DNA of 50,295 nucleotides, from the IMG/VR virus record IMGVR_UViG_3300045988_134262. The stretch is one strand, 5' to 3'. The notes beneath the pieces were generated by a model. The model did no database searches. It was not told the DNA's origin and saw only the letters and a list, made by a program, of their open reading frames with translations. The translations under genes and the position numbers were made by a program. The stretch's first letter is position 1, and each line of letters opens with the position of its first letter. This DNA is from a virus. This document shows, one piece after another, positions 16,378 to 23,421 of the stretch.

Positions 16378-16923
16378 ATGACTAAATTAAATGTAACTAT
16401 TGAGATGGTTAACGGTGATGAATATTTAATTAAAAAAGACTGTTTTAATCCTAATGAGTACATTAAACAAATGAAAGAAAAACTTAAAAATAATGAAGCA
16501 ATTGAAATTCATGAGGATTATGAATTTTGTTGCAATGATAAAGTGGGCTACAGAACAATAAAACCAACAATAGAAGAACCTTTATTAATCAACGCTTCAA
16601 ACATTGTAACTATTGAATTTGAGAAAGAGCAAATTAAAGAAAAGATTAAGTTAACAAAATTTGAACGTGATATATTAAAACATTGCTTATATAAAAATCG
16701 TAATTATATTGCAAGAGATTATAACGATAACCTAAAAGTATATGAGTATCCACCAAAGAAAGATGGAAAAACTTGGGAAAATTTAATTGATTCCGATAAT
16801 TTAAATTTATGTGAAGATATGTTTTTATGCGTATCATGGAATGATGAAGAACCAACATCAATCGCAGAGTTATTAAAAAATTGTGATAAAGATTGCGAGG
16901 TTACTGAAAATGACAGTAAATGA
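16378..16923 (+). CDS. Family A paralog 5 (12536-like N-terminal domain fused to the family A C-terminal domain)
   Basis: The N-terminus is VTIEMVNGDEYLI...INASNIVTIE. The C-terminus is LTKFERDILKHC...YIARDYNDNL...WNDEEPTSIAELLKNC..CEV. Confidence 0.65.
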   Translation: MTKLNVTIEMVNGDEYLIKKDCFNPNEYIKQMKEKLKNNEAIEIHEDYEFCCNDKVGYRTIKPTIEEPLLINASNIVTIEFEKEQIKEKIKLTKFERDILKHCLYKNRNYIARDYNDNLKVYEYPPKKDGKTWENLIDSDNLNLCEDMFLCVSWNDEEPTSIAELLKNCDKDCEVTENDSK

Positions 16924-17152
16924 AGTATTGGAAAAAATGAATAATGAAGCAACTGCTGTAGTAATTACTATTGGTGGCGATGGTTATTTTATTTGTGCGT
17001 ATAAAAAAGATTTAATAAACAATAAGTGTTTTAAAGAAAAAGTAGGAGATAGAACTGTAACACATTTAGGAGTTACAAGAACATCAAAAGGAGGATTTGG
17101 AATAGCGATCCAATGTGTTATAAATAAAGAGGAGAATAAAAATGATAACTAG
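16910..17152 (+). CDS. Hypothetical protein
   Basis: The start lies in the conserved junction TTGCGAGGTTACTGAAAATG, the same as at 13241-13262. Confidence 0.5.
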   Translation: MTVNEVLEKMNNEATAVVITIGGDGYFICAYKKDLINNKCFKEKVGDRTVTHLGVTRTSKGGFGIAIQCVINKEENKNDN

Positions 17153-17492
17153 ACCAAAATTTGAAGATTATGGATTCCCTAAATCTGAAAATGATTTAGA
17201 ACAATTTGAATTTTATACTTATTATTTAGAGGAGTATTGTGATGAGTTAGAAAAAGCACTTGATAATGCTTGCAAGTATATTCATAATGACGGAATAGAC
17301 GGTTGCCCTTGTAACTATGATTTATCAATAATTTCAGATAAAAAAATGAATGAATGTAATATATGTGATTATCAATGTATTAGTTTCTATGATGAATTAA
17401 ATAGTAGTAAACAACAACAGTATGAATATTTAAAAAAATCCATGAAATGTTGGAAAGAGTATTTTTTAAGAGGAGATGCAGAAAATGATTAA
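17142..17492 (+). CDS. Cys-rich hypothetical protein
   Basis: GAGGAG RBS. Contains CPCNYD...CNICDYQC. Confidence 0.5.
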   Translation: MITRPKFEDYGFPKSENDLEQFEFYTYYLEEYCDELEKALDNACKYIHNDGIDGCPCNYDLSIISDKKMNECNICDYQCISFYDELNSSKQQQYEYLKKSMKCWKEYFLRGDAEND

Positions 17493-17685
17493 AATTGATA
17501 CTATTGTATGCAATGTTATTGATATGGCAATAGATAATAGATTAATGCTTGATGGAAATGAACCAAGTCAAAATAAAAAAGAAGCATTAAAAATAAGAAT
17601 AAATTATCTAAAGCACCTTTTAAATGATTCAAAAGATGAACTTGATGAGATTGAAAGTCTTGAAGAAATAGAAAAATATATATAG
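17476..17685 (+). CDS. Hypothetical acidic protein
   Basis: GAGGAG RBS. This is the last gene before the ORF-poor region. Confidence 0.5.
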   Translation: MQKMIKIDTIVCNVIDMAIDNRLMLDGNEPSQNKKEALKIRINYLKHLLNDSKDELDEIESLEEIEKYI

Positions 17686-17696
17686 AATATAAGTAT

Positions 17697-17826
17697 ATCC
17701 CTATATTGATGTAAATATTTTTTAAAAATTTAGTTACTTGATCTAATCAAAACAAGACTTATAAGAAAATTCTATTAAATACCCGTTTAGATTCTTTTCA
17801 TTTAATCTCATTGTCAATATAGGGAT
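17697..17826 (+). ncRNA. Stem-closed structured element, unit 1 (candidate ncRNA or DNA structure)
   Basis: A perfect 13-bp closing stem pairs ATCCCTATATTGA (17697-17709) with TCAATATAGGGAT (17814-17826). The internal hairpin AGT-TA-CTTG...CAAG-ACT is conserved in unit 2. Confidence 0.4.
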
Positions 17827-17830
17827 TCAA

Positions 17831-17930
17831 TAACGCATTGATATTTAATTTTTAATATTATTAGTTACCTGCACTAATCAAAACAGGACTTTATGCATTT
17901 TAGATTTACCATCTCATTTTCAATGCGTTA
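17831..17930 (+). ncRNA. Stem-closed structured element, unit 2 (paralog of unit 1)
   Basis: A perfect 11-bp closing stem pairs TAACGCATTGA with TCAATGCGTTA. The internal hairpin AGT-TA-CCTG...CAGG-ACT carries a compensatory T-A to C-G change relative to unit 1. Confidence 0.4.
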
Positions 17931-18016
17931 AATAGTGATGAAAACATAAATAAAGAAGAAGAAAGAAGGAAATCACCTCACAGACTAGATTTCCTATGCT
18001 AGTAATCACTATACAT

Positions 18017-18060
18017 AGAAGGTTGATAAAAAAAACACTCTTCAAAAAAATCAACCTTCT
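18017..18060 (+). other. Long hairpin (10-bp stem, 24-nt loop) closing the structured region
   Basis: AGAAGGTTGA ... TCAACCTTCT followed by TAAATTTTT. Possibly a terminator. Confidence 0.35.
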
Positions 18061-18102
18061 TAAATTTTTAAAAAAATATAAGTATCACACATCGCTTATT
18101 TA

Positions 18103-18111
18103 TGATATAAT
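18103..18111 (+). promoter_or_regulatory. Extended -10 promoter (TGATATAAT) with a degenerate operator-like GTATCACAC upstream
   Basis: Read directly. There is no good -35. Confidence 0.4.
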
Positions 18112-18126
18112 ATATATGAAATAGAG

Positions 18127-18318
18127 GTGATAACATTGAACGAAAAAACAAGCAAAGCACAACTTAAAGCAAGTGCAAAATACAATAAGATGAATACAAA
18201 GAATTTTCCTATAAAAGTAAATAAGAAGACAGAAAAAGATATTTACGATCATTTAGAAAAAATTGGAAATGTTAATGGATATATTAAGAATTTAATTAAA
18301 GCAGATATCGAACGCTAA
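18127..18318 (+). CDS. Small ribbon-helix-helix-like DNA-binding protein (candidate regulator)
   Basis: The pattern KASAKYNKMNTKNFPIKVNKKTEKDIYDHLEKIGNVNGYIKNLIKADI recalls small Firmicute RHH/CopG-like proteins. The start is ambiguous between GTG 18127 and TTG 18136. Confidence 0.45.
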   Translation: MITLNEKTSKAQLKASAKYNKMNTKNFPIKVNKKTEKDIYDHLEKIGNVNGYIKNLIKADIER

Positions 18319-18336
18319 AAAGCGTTCATTTTTTTA
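18310..18336 (+). terminator. Rho-independent terminator
   Basis: GAACGC-taaaaa-GCGTTC followed by ATTTTTTT. It overlaps the stop codon. Confidence 0.75.
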
Positions 18337-18339
18337 TTA

Positions 18340-18438
18340 TGTAAAAAATGTAAAAGAATGAGTAAAGTTCGTTGTAAAAAATGTAATAATATGCATAAAA
18401 TTCGTTGTAAAAAATGTAAAAACATGTATAATATTAAT
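18340..18438. repeat. Three tandem 33-bp repeats (TGTAAAAAATGTAAnAnnATGnnTAAnnTTCGT)
   Basis: Units at 18340, 18373 and 18406, read directly. Confidence 0.8.
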
Positions 18439-18604
18439 TGAGGTGAATAGGACACCTCACTTTGGTCGTCAGTAGTTTGTCGTTTTGGTTTACTTGTTTT
18501 CATTTTGGTTTTGTGTCCTCCAAAACACATGAAAGGGTGATTCCTTTCAAAGGGGCTATATATTATATAGTTCCTTTTTTTGTTGCAAAAATAATCAAAA
18601 ATGC

Positions 18605-18633
18605 TTGATTGTATGTGATACATATAGTATAAT
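18605..18633 (+). promoter_or_regulatory. Conserved early promoter copy 5 (TTGATT-17-TATAAT) with ATGTGATACAT in the spacer
   Basis: Read directly. Confidence 0.65.
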
Positions 18634-18662
18634 AAGTATGTAAAGAAAGAGAGGATATAAAA

Positions 18663-18839
18663 ATGAGAGCAAGAATTTATTTAAATGGAAAGAGAATTAC
18701 AAAAAAGAAAGCAAGGGAATTATTTGGAAATGAAAAAGTAGAAAAAAGAATTCAAGAAGCAGAAGAAAGTTTCATTAATGATCCATATGAAGAAATTTCA
18801 TGGATGGACGGAATGGAAATAAGATTTGTATTTAAATAA
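18663..18839 (+). CDS. Small hypothetical protein (58 aa)
   Basis: Conserved leader with an AGAGAGG RBS. Flanked by a promoter copy and a terminator. Too short for the supplied ORF track. Confidence 0.5.
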   Translation: MRARIYLNGKRITKKKARELFGNEKVEKRIQEAEESFINDPYEEISWMDGMEIRFVFK

Positions 18840-18842
18840 ATT

Positions 18843-18866
18843 AAGGTGAGAAATCACCTTTTTTTA
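18843..18866 (+). terminator. Rho-independent terminator
   Basis: AAGGTGA-gaaa-TCACCTT followed by a T-run. Confidence 0.8.
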
Positions 18867-18877
18867 TTTAAAAAATA

Positions 18878-18905
18878 TTGAAAACATTATGAAAATGAGT
18901 ATAAT
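18878..18905 (+). promoter_or_regulatory. Sigma-A-like promoter (TTGAAA-16-TATAAT) lacking the dyad operator
   Basis: Read directly. It drives the ORF-free segment below. Confidence 0.5.
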
Positions 18906-19176
18906 AATACTTGCAACCAAGAGTTGCAAAGATGCATGTTCTTTTACTCAATTTCTTAAATCATTTTTATATAAGCACTTGAAAATAGTGCTTATAAATA
19001 CACCTATAATTCAATAGTAGAATAATCTCCTTATAAGGGAAATACGGAGGGGCAGAACCTTCTAGGTGTACCATCAATGTATCGTTTTTCATTAGTTTTT
19101 TTCTTAAATTTAGTACGAGGAAAACAGAACACTTTTTTCCAAAAGAAGGCAGTGAAGTTATCACTGTCTTTTTTTT
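18906..19176 (+). ncRNA. Candidate structured RNA or regulatory leader (promoter to terminator, no credible ORF)
   Basis: Hairpins at 18911-18929 (7 bp) and 18971-18995 (9 bp). An 8-bp long-range stem pairs 18999-19006 with 19063-19070. A terminator lies at 19148-19176. Confidence 0.4.
19148..19176 (+). terminator. Rho-independent terminator immediately upstream of the late gene block
   Basis: GGCAGTGA-agtta-TCACTGTC followed by T8. Confidence 0.75.
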
Positions 19177-19276
19177 GTTATTGAAAAATTAAATAATATA
19201 TGTATTCAATTAACAAAATATGATAAAATAATGATGTAAATATGAATAAAAAGGAGATGTGAAAGTATGATGTTTT

Positions 19277-19753
19277 ATGGCTAAGCGTGGAAGAAAAGAA
19301 AAGAAAGAATATATACTTGAAAACCTTGAAGTTATAGAACAAATGGTTTCTAAAGGTTATCCCGAGAAAGATATATGTAAACATCTAGGCATAGGAATAA
19401 GCACATTTTCTAAGTATAAAAAGGAATTAATAGAATTATCAACAGTTCTTAATAAAGCAAAGAAAACAAGGCTTGAAGAACTTGAAAACATCTCTTATAA
19501 AACTGCTATGGGATTTGAATATACAGAAGAAAAAACAATTATTCAATTAGATGAAAATGGGAATCCATCAAGAAGGGTTAAGGAAATTTATAAAAAAAGA
19601 GCGCTACCAAATCCTGCAATGCAACAGTATTTAATGAATAACTGGAGTGATGGAAAATATACTAAAGATCCAATGAACGCTAAATTCAAGGAAGAAGAAT
19701 TAAAACTAAAAAAAGAAGCAAATGAATTAATGAAAGATTGGGATATTGAATGA
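19277..19753 (+). CDS. Terminase small subunit-like HTH protein (alternatively a late regulator)
   Basis: MAKRGRKEK..., the HTH DICKHLGIGISTFSKYKK, then ENISYKTAMGFEYTEEKT...LPNPAMQQYLMNNW. This pattern is common in Firmicute phage small terminases. Confidence 0.5.
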   Translation: MAKRGRKEKKEYILENLEVIEQMVSKGYPEKDICKHLGIGISTFSKYKKELIELSTVLNKAKKTRLEELENISYKTAMGFEYTEEKTIIQLDENGNPSRRVKEIYKKRALPNPAMQQYLMNNWSDGKYTKDPMNAKFKEEELKLKKEANELMKDWDIE

Positions 19754-19827
19754 TTAAAGAAAAGTATTGCTTATATGTTCATACTAATTTGATAAATAAC
19801 AAAAAGTATGTTGGAGTAACAAATTAA
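19750..19827 (+). pseudogene. Truncated GIY-YIG homing endonuclease remnant (25 codons)
   Basis: MIKEKYCLYVHTNLINNKKYVGVTN matches the Y.Y.HTN.iNgKkYvGiT N-terminus and is followed by a stop. A different frame stays open from 19800 to 19970. Confidence 0.5.
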
Positions 19828-19969
19828 AATTAATATATGTAAAACCAAATATAAATTCGATTAATTTATTAATTAGAAGTTATGGACATGAAGAAAAATT
19901 AAAAATGCTAATACATAAATGTGAAAGAGCCAAAAAATATTTAGAAGGATATAAAAAGGAGGTAAAATA

Positions 19970-21070
19970 ATGGAAAACAAAACAGTATACGGAATACAAG
20001 ATAATAAATGCTTAGTTGAAATGTATGATAAAGAAACTATCAACATTAAATCAAGTATGCCTGTTTCTAGCAGAGGTTATATTTTTATCGGTGATTCGTA
20101 CGGAGATGGATATACTCCAGATGGCAGTGGTGGTGGAGTTGGTTGGTGCGATAGGTTAAAATCTAAAATGATTAATTGCCATGCTAATGCTAATAACATT
20201 TTCATCAATCATAAAGGAGGAGCGTGCTTTAGTAATCCATCAAATGATTATTTAACACTTTTAAAAGGTGTAGCAAATCAGATTTCCGACAAAAACATTA
20301 TTACTGATGTATTGATCGGAGGTGGATACAATGAACTGCCATATGGAGACCAAAAAGAAAAAGTGCAAGGTTGTATAAATACATTAATTGATTATGTGCA
20401 AAGCACTTATCCTAACGCAGTTGTTCACTTTGCACCATTCGGAGTTGCATTTAAAAATAGGGATAATCAATTTGCATTGAAATATAAATTGATTCCTATG
20501 TATAGAAGTATATCAGCATATAGTCATAAACCTTATATGGTTGTTCCTGGAGCAGAAAATATTCTTTCATTAAGGGATACAATGAGTTCTGATGGAATAC
20601 ACCCTAATTCATGGGGATTAAGTTGTATAGCAGAATATCTGAAAGGTTATCTCATGGGAACTGGAAGTAATATGCAAGAAAAACGTCAGTTATCTGTCAG
20701 AATGAACGGAGGAACATTCAATGGCACTATATATGGACAATCATTCGGAGATATAAATATTTATAGAATTATGTTTGATAAAGGTGTTAATAATCTAAAT
20801 TCTTACAAAACGAATGGATTTAAACTATATACTCCTAATGATAGAGATGCATTCCCATGGAGAGCGCCTAACTTTGGATATACAAGTAATTATGCAATCA
20901 TATATGGAAATAATGGATGGCATACTGTTCCTGTTAGATTCAACGTAACAAATAATAACGAACTATATATGCAGATATTTCAAACTAATTCAAGTAATAG
21001 TGATTATGAAAGTTATTCAAACATTACTAATATTCAGTTAGATGCATGGATTGTCGCTGAAAATATGTAA
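19970..21070 (+). CDS. SGNH/GDSL hydrolase domain protein with C-terminal extension (probable virion-associated esterase)
   Basis: Block I is FIGDSYGDG and block V is SDGIHPN. Located in the fibre gene block. Confidence 0.65.
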   Translation: MENKTVYGIQDNKCLVEMYDKETINIKSSMPVSSRGYIFIGDSYGDGYTPDGSGGGVGWCDRLKSKMINCHANANNIFINHKGGACFSNPSNDYLTLLKGVANQISDKNIITDVLIGGGYNELPYGDQKEKVQGCINTLIDYVQSTYPNAVVHFAPFGVAFKNRDNQFALKYKLIPMYRSISAYSHKPYMVVPGAENILSLRDTMSSDGIHPNSWGLSCIAEYLKGYLMGTGSNMQEKRQLSVRMNGGTFNGTIYGQSFGDINIYRIMFDKGVNNLNSYKTNGFKLYTPNDRDAFPWRAPNFGYTSNYAIIYGNNGWHTVPVRFNVTNNNELYMQIFQTNSSNSDYESYSNITNIQLDAWIVAENM

Positions 21071-21086
21071 AGTTAGGTGATAACCC

Positions 21087-21614
21087 ATGAGAAATATATG
21101 TGATTTAGATTCTTTAGATGGAATTTATACTGGTGTATCTTCAATGGGAAGCGGAGATAATTCAATTGAAATTAGAGTTATATTTCAACGTGAGGAAATT
21201 GAATATTTACAAATTGAAACAAATAGTGAAATATATCAAGTAACGGATTATGCAAAAGATGATAGATTCATATATTATATGATTCCATTTTCTTTATATA
21301 AAGATGTTGGTTTAATGCATATTCAAGTTAAATATGTAGATGGATACGGAAGACAATTTACATTTAAAACTGAAAAACCTTTATTAAATGATAGTGAGAT
21401 AATGGTTACATATGTTGATGAAATATTTTTAATTAAAAGACTAATAGATACTTCAAATAGTCCTTATGACATACCTATAGCAAGTCATGAAAACTTAGGT
21501 GTAGTGCAGATAGGAAATACTATTTCAGTTGACAAAAAAGGTGTTATTGAAGTAAAAAAAGGAGAATTAGTTGAAGCAATCACAAATATTGATATAGATG
21601 CTATTTGTAAATAA
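21087..21614 (+). CDS. Hypothetical structural protein
   Basis: Call based on position in the fibre block. AGGTGA RBS. Confidence 0.45.
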   Translation: MRNICDLDSLDGIYTGVSSMGSGDNSIEIRVIFQREEIEYLQIETNSEIYQVTDYAKDDRFIYYMIPFSLYKDVGLMHIQVKYVDGYGRQFTFKTEKPLLNDSEIMVTYVDEIFLIKRLIDTSNSPYDIPIASHENLGVVQIGNTISVDKKGVIEVKKGELVEAITNIDIDAICK

Positions 21615-21636
21615 TAAATAAGTAGGTGAGGAATAA

Positions 21637-21963
21637 ATGTCAAAATACCTAAATGAAACAGGATTAGCACATCTTTGGAATATCTTAAAAAATACATTTG
21701 CATTAAAAAATCATACTCATGACTATATCATTAATTTAAGACAATATAAGTCAACTTATACTGCAACGGGAAATGTAAGTACTATTCCTATTAATATTTC
21801 TCAATATAGATATGATTCAGATATTTTGGAAGTTTATATTAATGGAATTAGATTGGATAATACAGAGTATACAAACACAAACAACACAAGCATAACATTG
21901 ACTAAAGCAATTGAAAAAAATTGTAAAGTTCATTTTGTTGTTACTAAGGCTACTAATATATAA
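21637..21963 (+). CDS. Hypothetical fibre-associated protein
   Basis: The N-terminus LNETGLAHLWNILKNTFALKNHTH resembles conserved tail-fibre N-termini. Confidence 0.45.
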   Translation: MSKYLNETGLAHLWNILKNTFALKNHTHDYIINLRQYKSTYTATGNVSTIPINISQYRYDSDILEVYINGIRLDNTEYTNTNNTSITLTKAIEKNCKVHFVVTKATNI

Positions 21964-21975
21964 GGAGATGATATA

Positions 21976-22185
21976 ATGAAAGTAAAAGCAAATTTTAAAT
22001 ACAATGATTTATTGTTAAAAAGAGTTGTTGAAAAAGATGAAGTTATTGAAGTTGATGAAGAAAGAGCAAATGTGCTAACAACATCAACATATGACGGAAA
22101 AACATTTTGCGATTTTGTAGAAGAAGAAAAACCGAATATTGAAGAATCAAAACCAAAACGTGGCAGAAGAAATCTATGTAAATAG
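21976..22185 (+). CDS. Hypothetical protein
   Basis: ORF with an AAGGAG RBS. Confidence 0.45.
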   Translation: MKVKANFKYNDLLLKRVVEKDEVIEVDEERANVLTTSTYDGKTFCDFVEEEKPNIEESKPKRGRRNLCK

Positions 22186-22196
22186 GAGGTTGTTGA

Positions 22197-23420
22197 ATGA
22201 ATAATGAAAATTTGATTTTTGTTGACATTGATACAAGAAAAGTAACCATTCCTTTAGATTTTACATTAGGGGTAGTTCACGATGATTCAGTTAAGACTGT
22301 AACATTTCAGTTGCATAAGAAGTCAGATATAACTGACCTTTCAGATTTAACGTTCACAATCAATACAATATCTGCTAAAGGTACTCCAGATATTATTGAC
22401 TGCACCGTAAGAGAGGAAATTGGAGGAGTACTTTATATTTCAGCAATTCTGAAAGGTACAGTGTTTGATTCGAGAGGACGTGCCACGATCAATCTTTGTG
22501 GTCGCAAGTATAACAGTAATAACACCATCATCAAAAAGTGGGGGTCTGAAGACATTACTGTACTTGTTGGAAGTCACACAGATGCTGATAAAGCAATCGA
22601 GGAGCGATATCCAAGCGTTTTAGAAGAATTAAGACAAAAAGTTAACAATCCTAATCTAACAGATGAACAGTTAAGTAGCATCGCTACAAAAGTAGCAGAA
22701 AAAGGGTTCTACACAAAAAGCGAAATTGATAGCATGATTGCTGATATTGTAGTACCTACTAGATTATCACAGTTAGCAGATGATACTACTCACAGACTAG
22801 TTACTGATACAGAAAAAGCAAACTGGAACAATAAAAGTGATTTCGACGGCTCTTATAACTCGTTGACAAATAAGCCTACAATTCCAAGCAATTTATCGCA
22901 GTTGGCAGAAGATGACAGCCACGTTACAGTGACTAGAGCGCAGAAAACCAAGATTGACACTGTACCTACTCAGTTTAAGACAATCACCAACCAAAGCATT
23001 ACAGGAACAGGAAACATAGATATACCGACAGGTGGAACAGGAACATCTATTACTGTAGATACTGCATTATCTAGTACTAGTACCAACCCTGTACAAAATA
23101 AGATAATCAAGGCTGAACTTGATAAAAAGGCAAACAGTACCGATTTAGGTGTTAAAAAAGTAACTCATACCGCTAGTGATACATCTGTTACTATAAATAG
23201 TGGCGAGTATCATGTATTCCCTACAATGACAAGTCTGACTATCACACCAGGAGCAGTCGGAACGGACAAAATGTTTATTTGTGGTTTTGAGTTTACAAGT
23301 GGCGAAACACCTACCGTTTTGACACTTACAGGATGCACATTGAGCAACAGTGATGATGTGACTACAGGTACTTACGAAGTAAACATACTCGGTACTAGTG
23401 CGATTGTGAGGTTGAGATAG
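22197..23420 (+). CDS. Tail fibre / BppU-like baseplate protein
   Basis: The N-terminus is DIDTRKVTIPLDFTLGVVHDDSVKTVTFQL (BppU_N-like). It has repeated LSQLA(D/E)D..H motifs and a T/S/G-rich shaft. Confidence 0.6.
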   Translation: MNNENLIFVDIDTRKVTIPLDFTLGVVHDDSVKTVTFQLHKKSDITDLSDLTFTINTISAKGTPDIIDCTVREEIGGVLYISAILKGTVFDSRGRATINLCGRKYNSNNTIIKKWGSEDITVLVGSHTDADKAIEERYPSVLEELRQKVNNPNLTDEQLSSIATKVAEKGFYTKSEIDSMIADIVVPTRLSQLADDTTHRLVTDTEKANWNNKSDFDGSYNSLTNKPTIPSNLSQLAEDDSHVTVTRAQKTKIDTVPTQFKTITNQSITGTGNIDIPTGGTGTSITVDTALSSTSTNPVQNKIIKAELDKKANSTDLGVKKVTHTASDTSVTINSGEYHVFPTMTSLTITPGAVGTDKMFICGFEFTSGETPTVLTLTGCTLSNSDDVTTGTYEVNILGTSAIVRLR

Positions 23421-23421
23421 T

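Noticed and set aside
18340-18438. Tandem repeats considered as a CRISPR-like mini-array
   Set aside because: The units are contiguous with no spacers, are only three in number, and are not palindromic like CRISPR repeats.
18967-19164. 65-aa minus-strand ORF in the ORF-poor region
   Set aside because: It has no SD and no promoter, and its sequence is dictated by the hairpins of the + strand structured segment.
18906-19176. Structured leader considered as a preQ1 riboswitch, given the deazaguanine genes
   Set aside because: I could not align it on either strand to the preQ1-I consensus as I recall it (short hairpin followed by an A-rich tail ending CUA). It is left unclassified.
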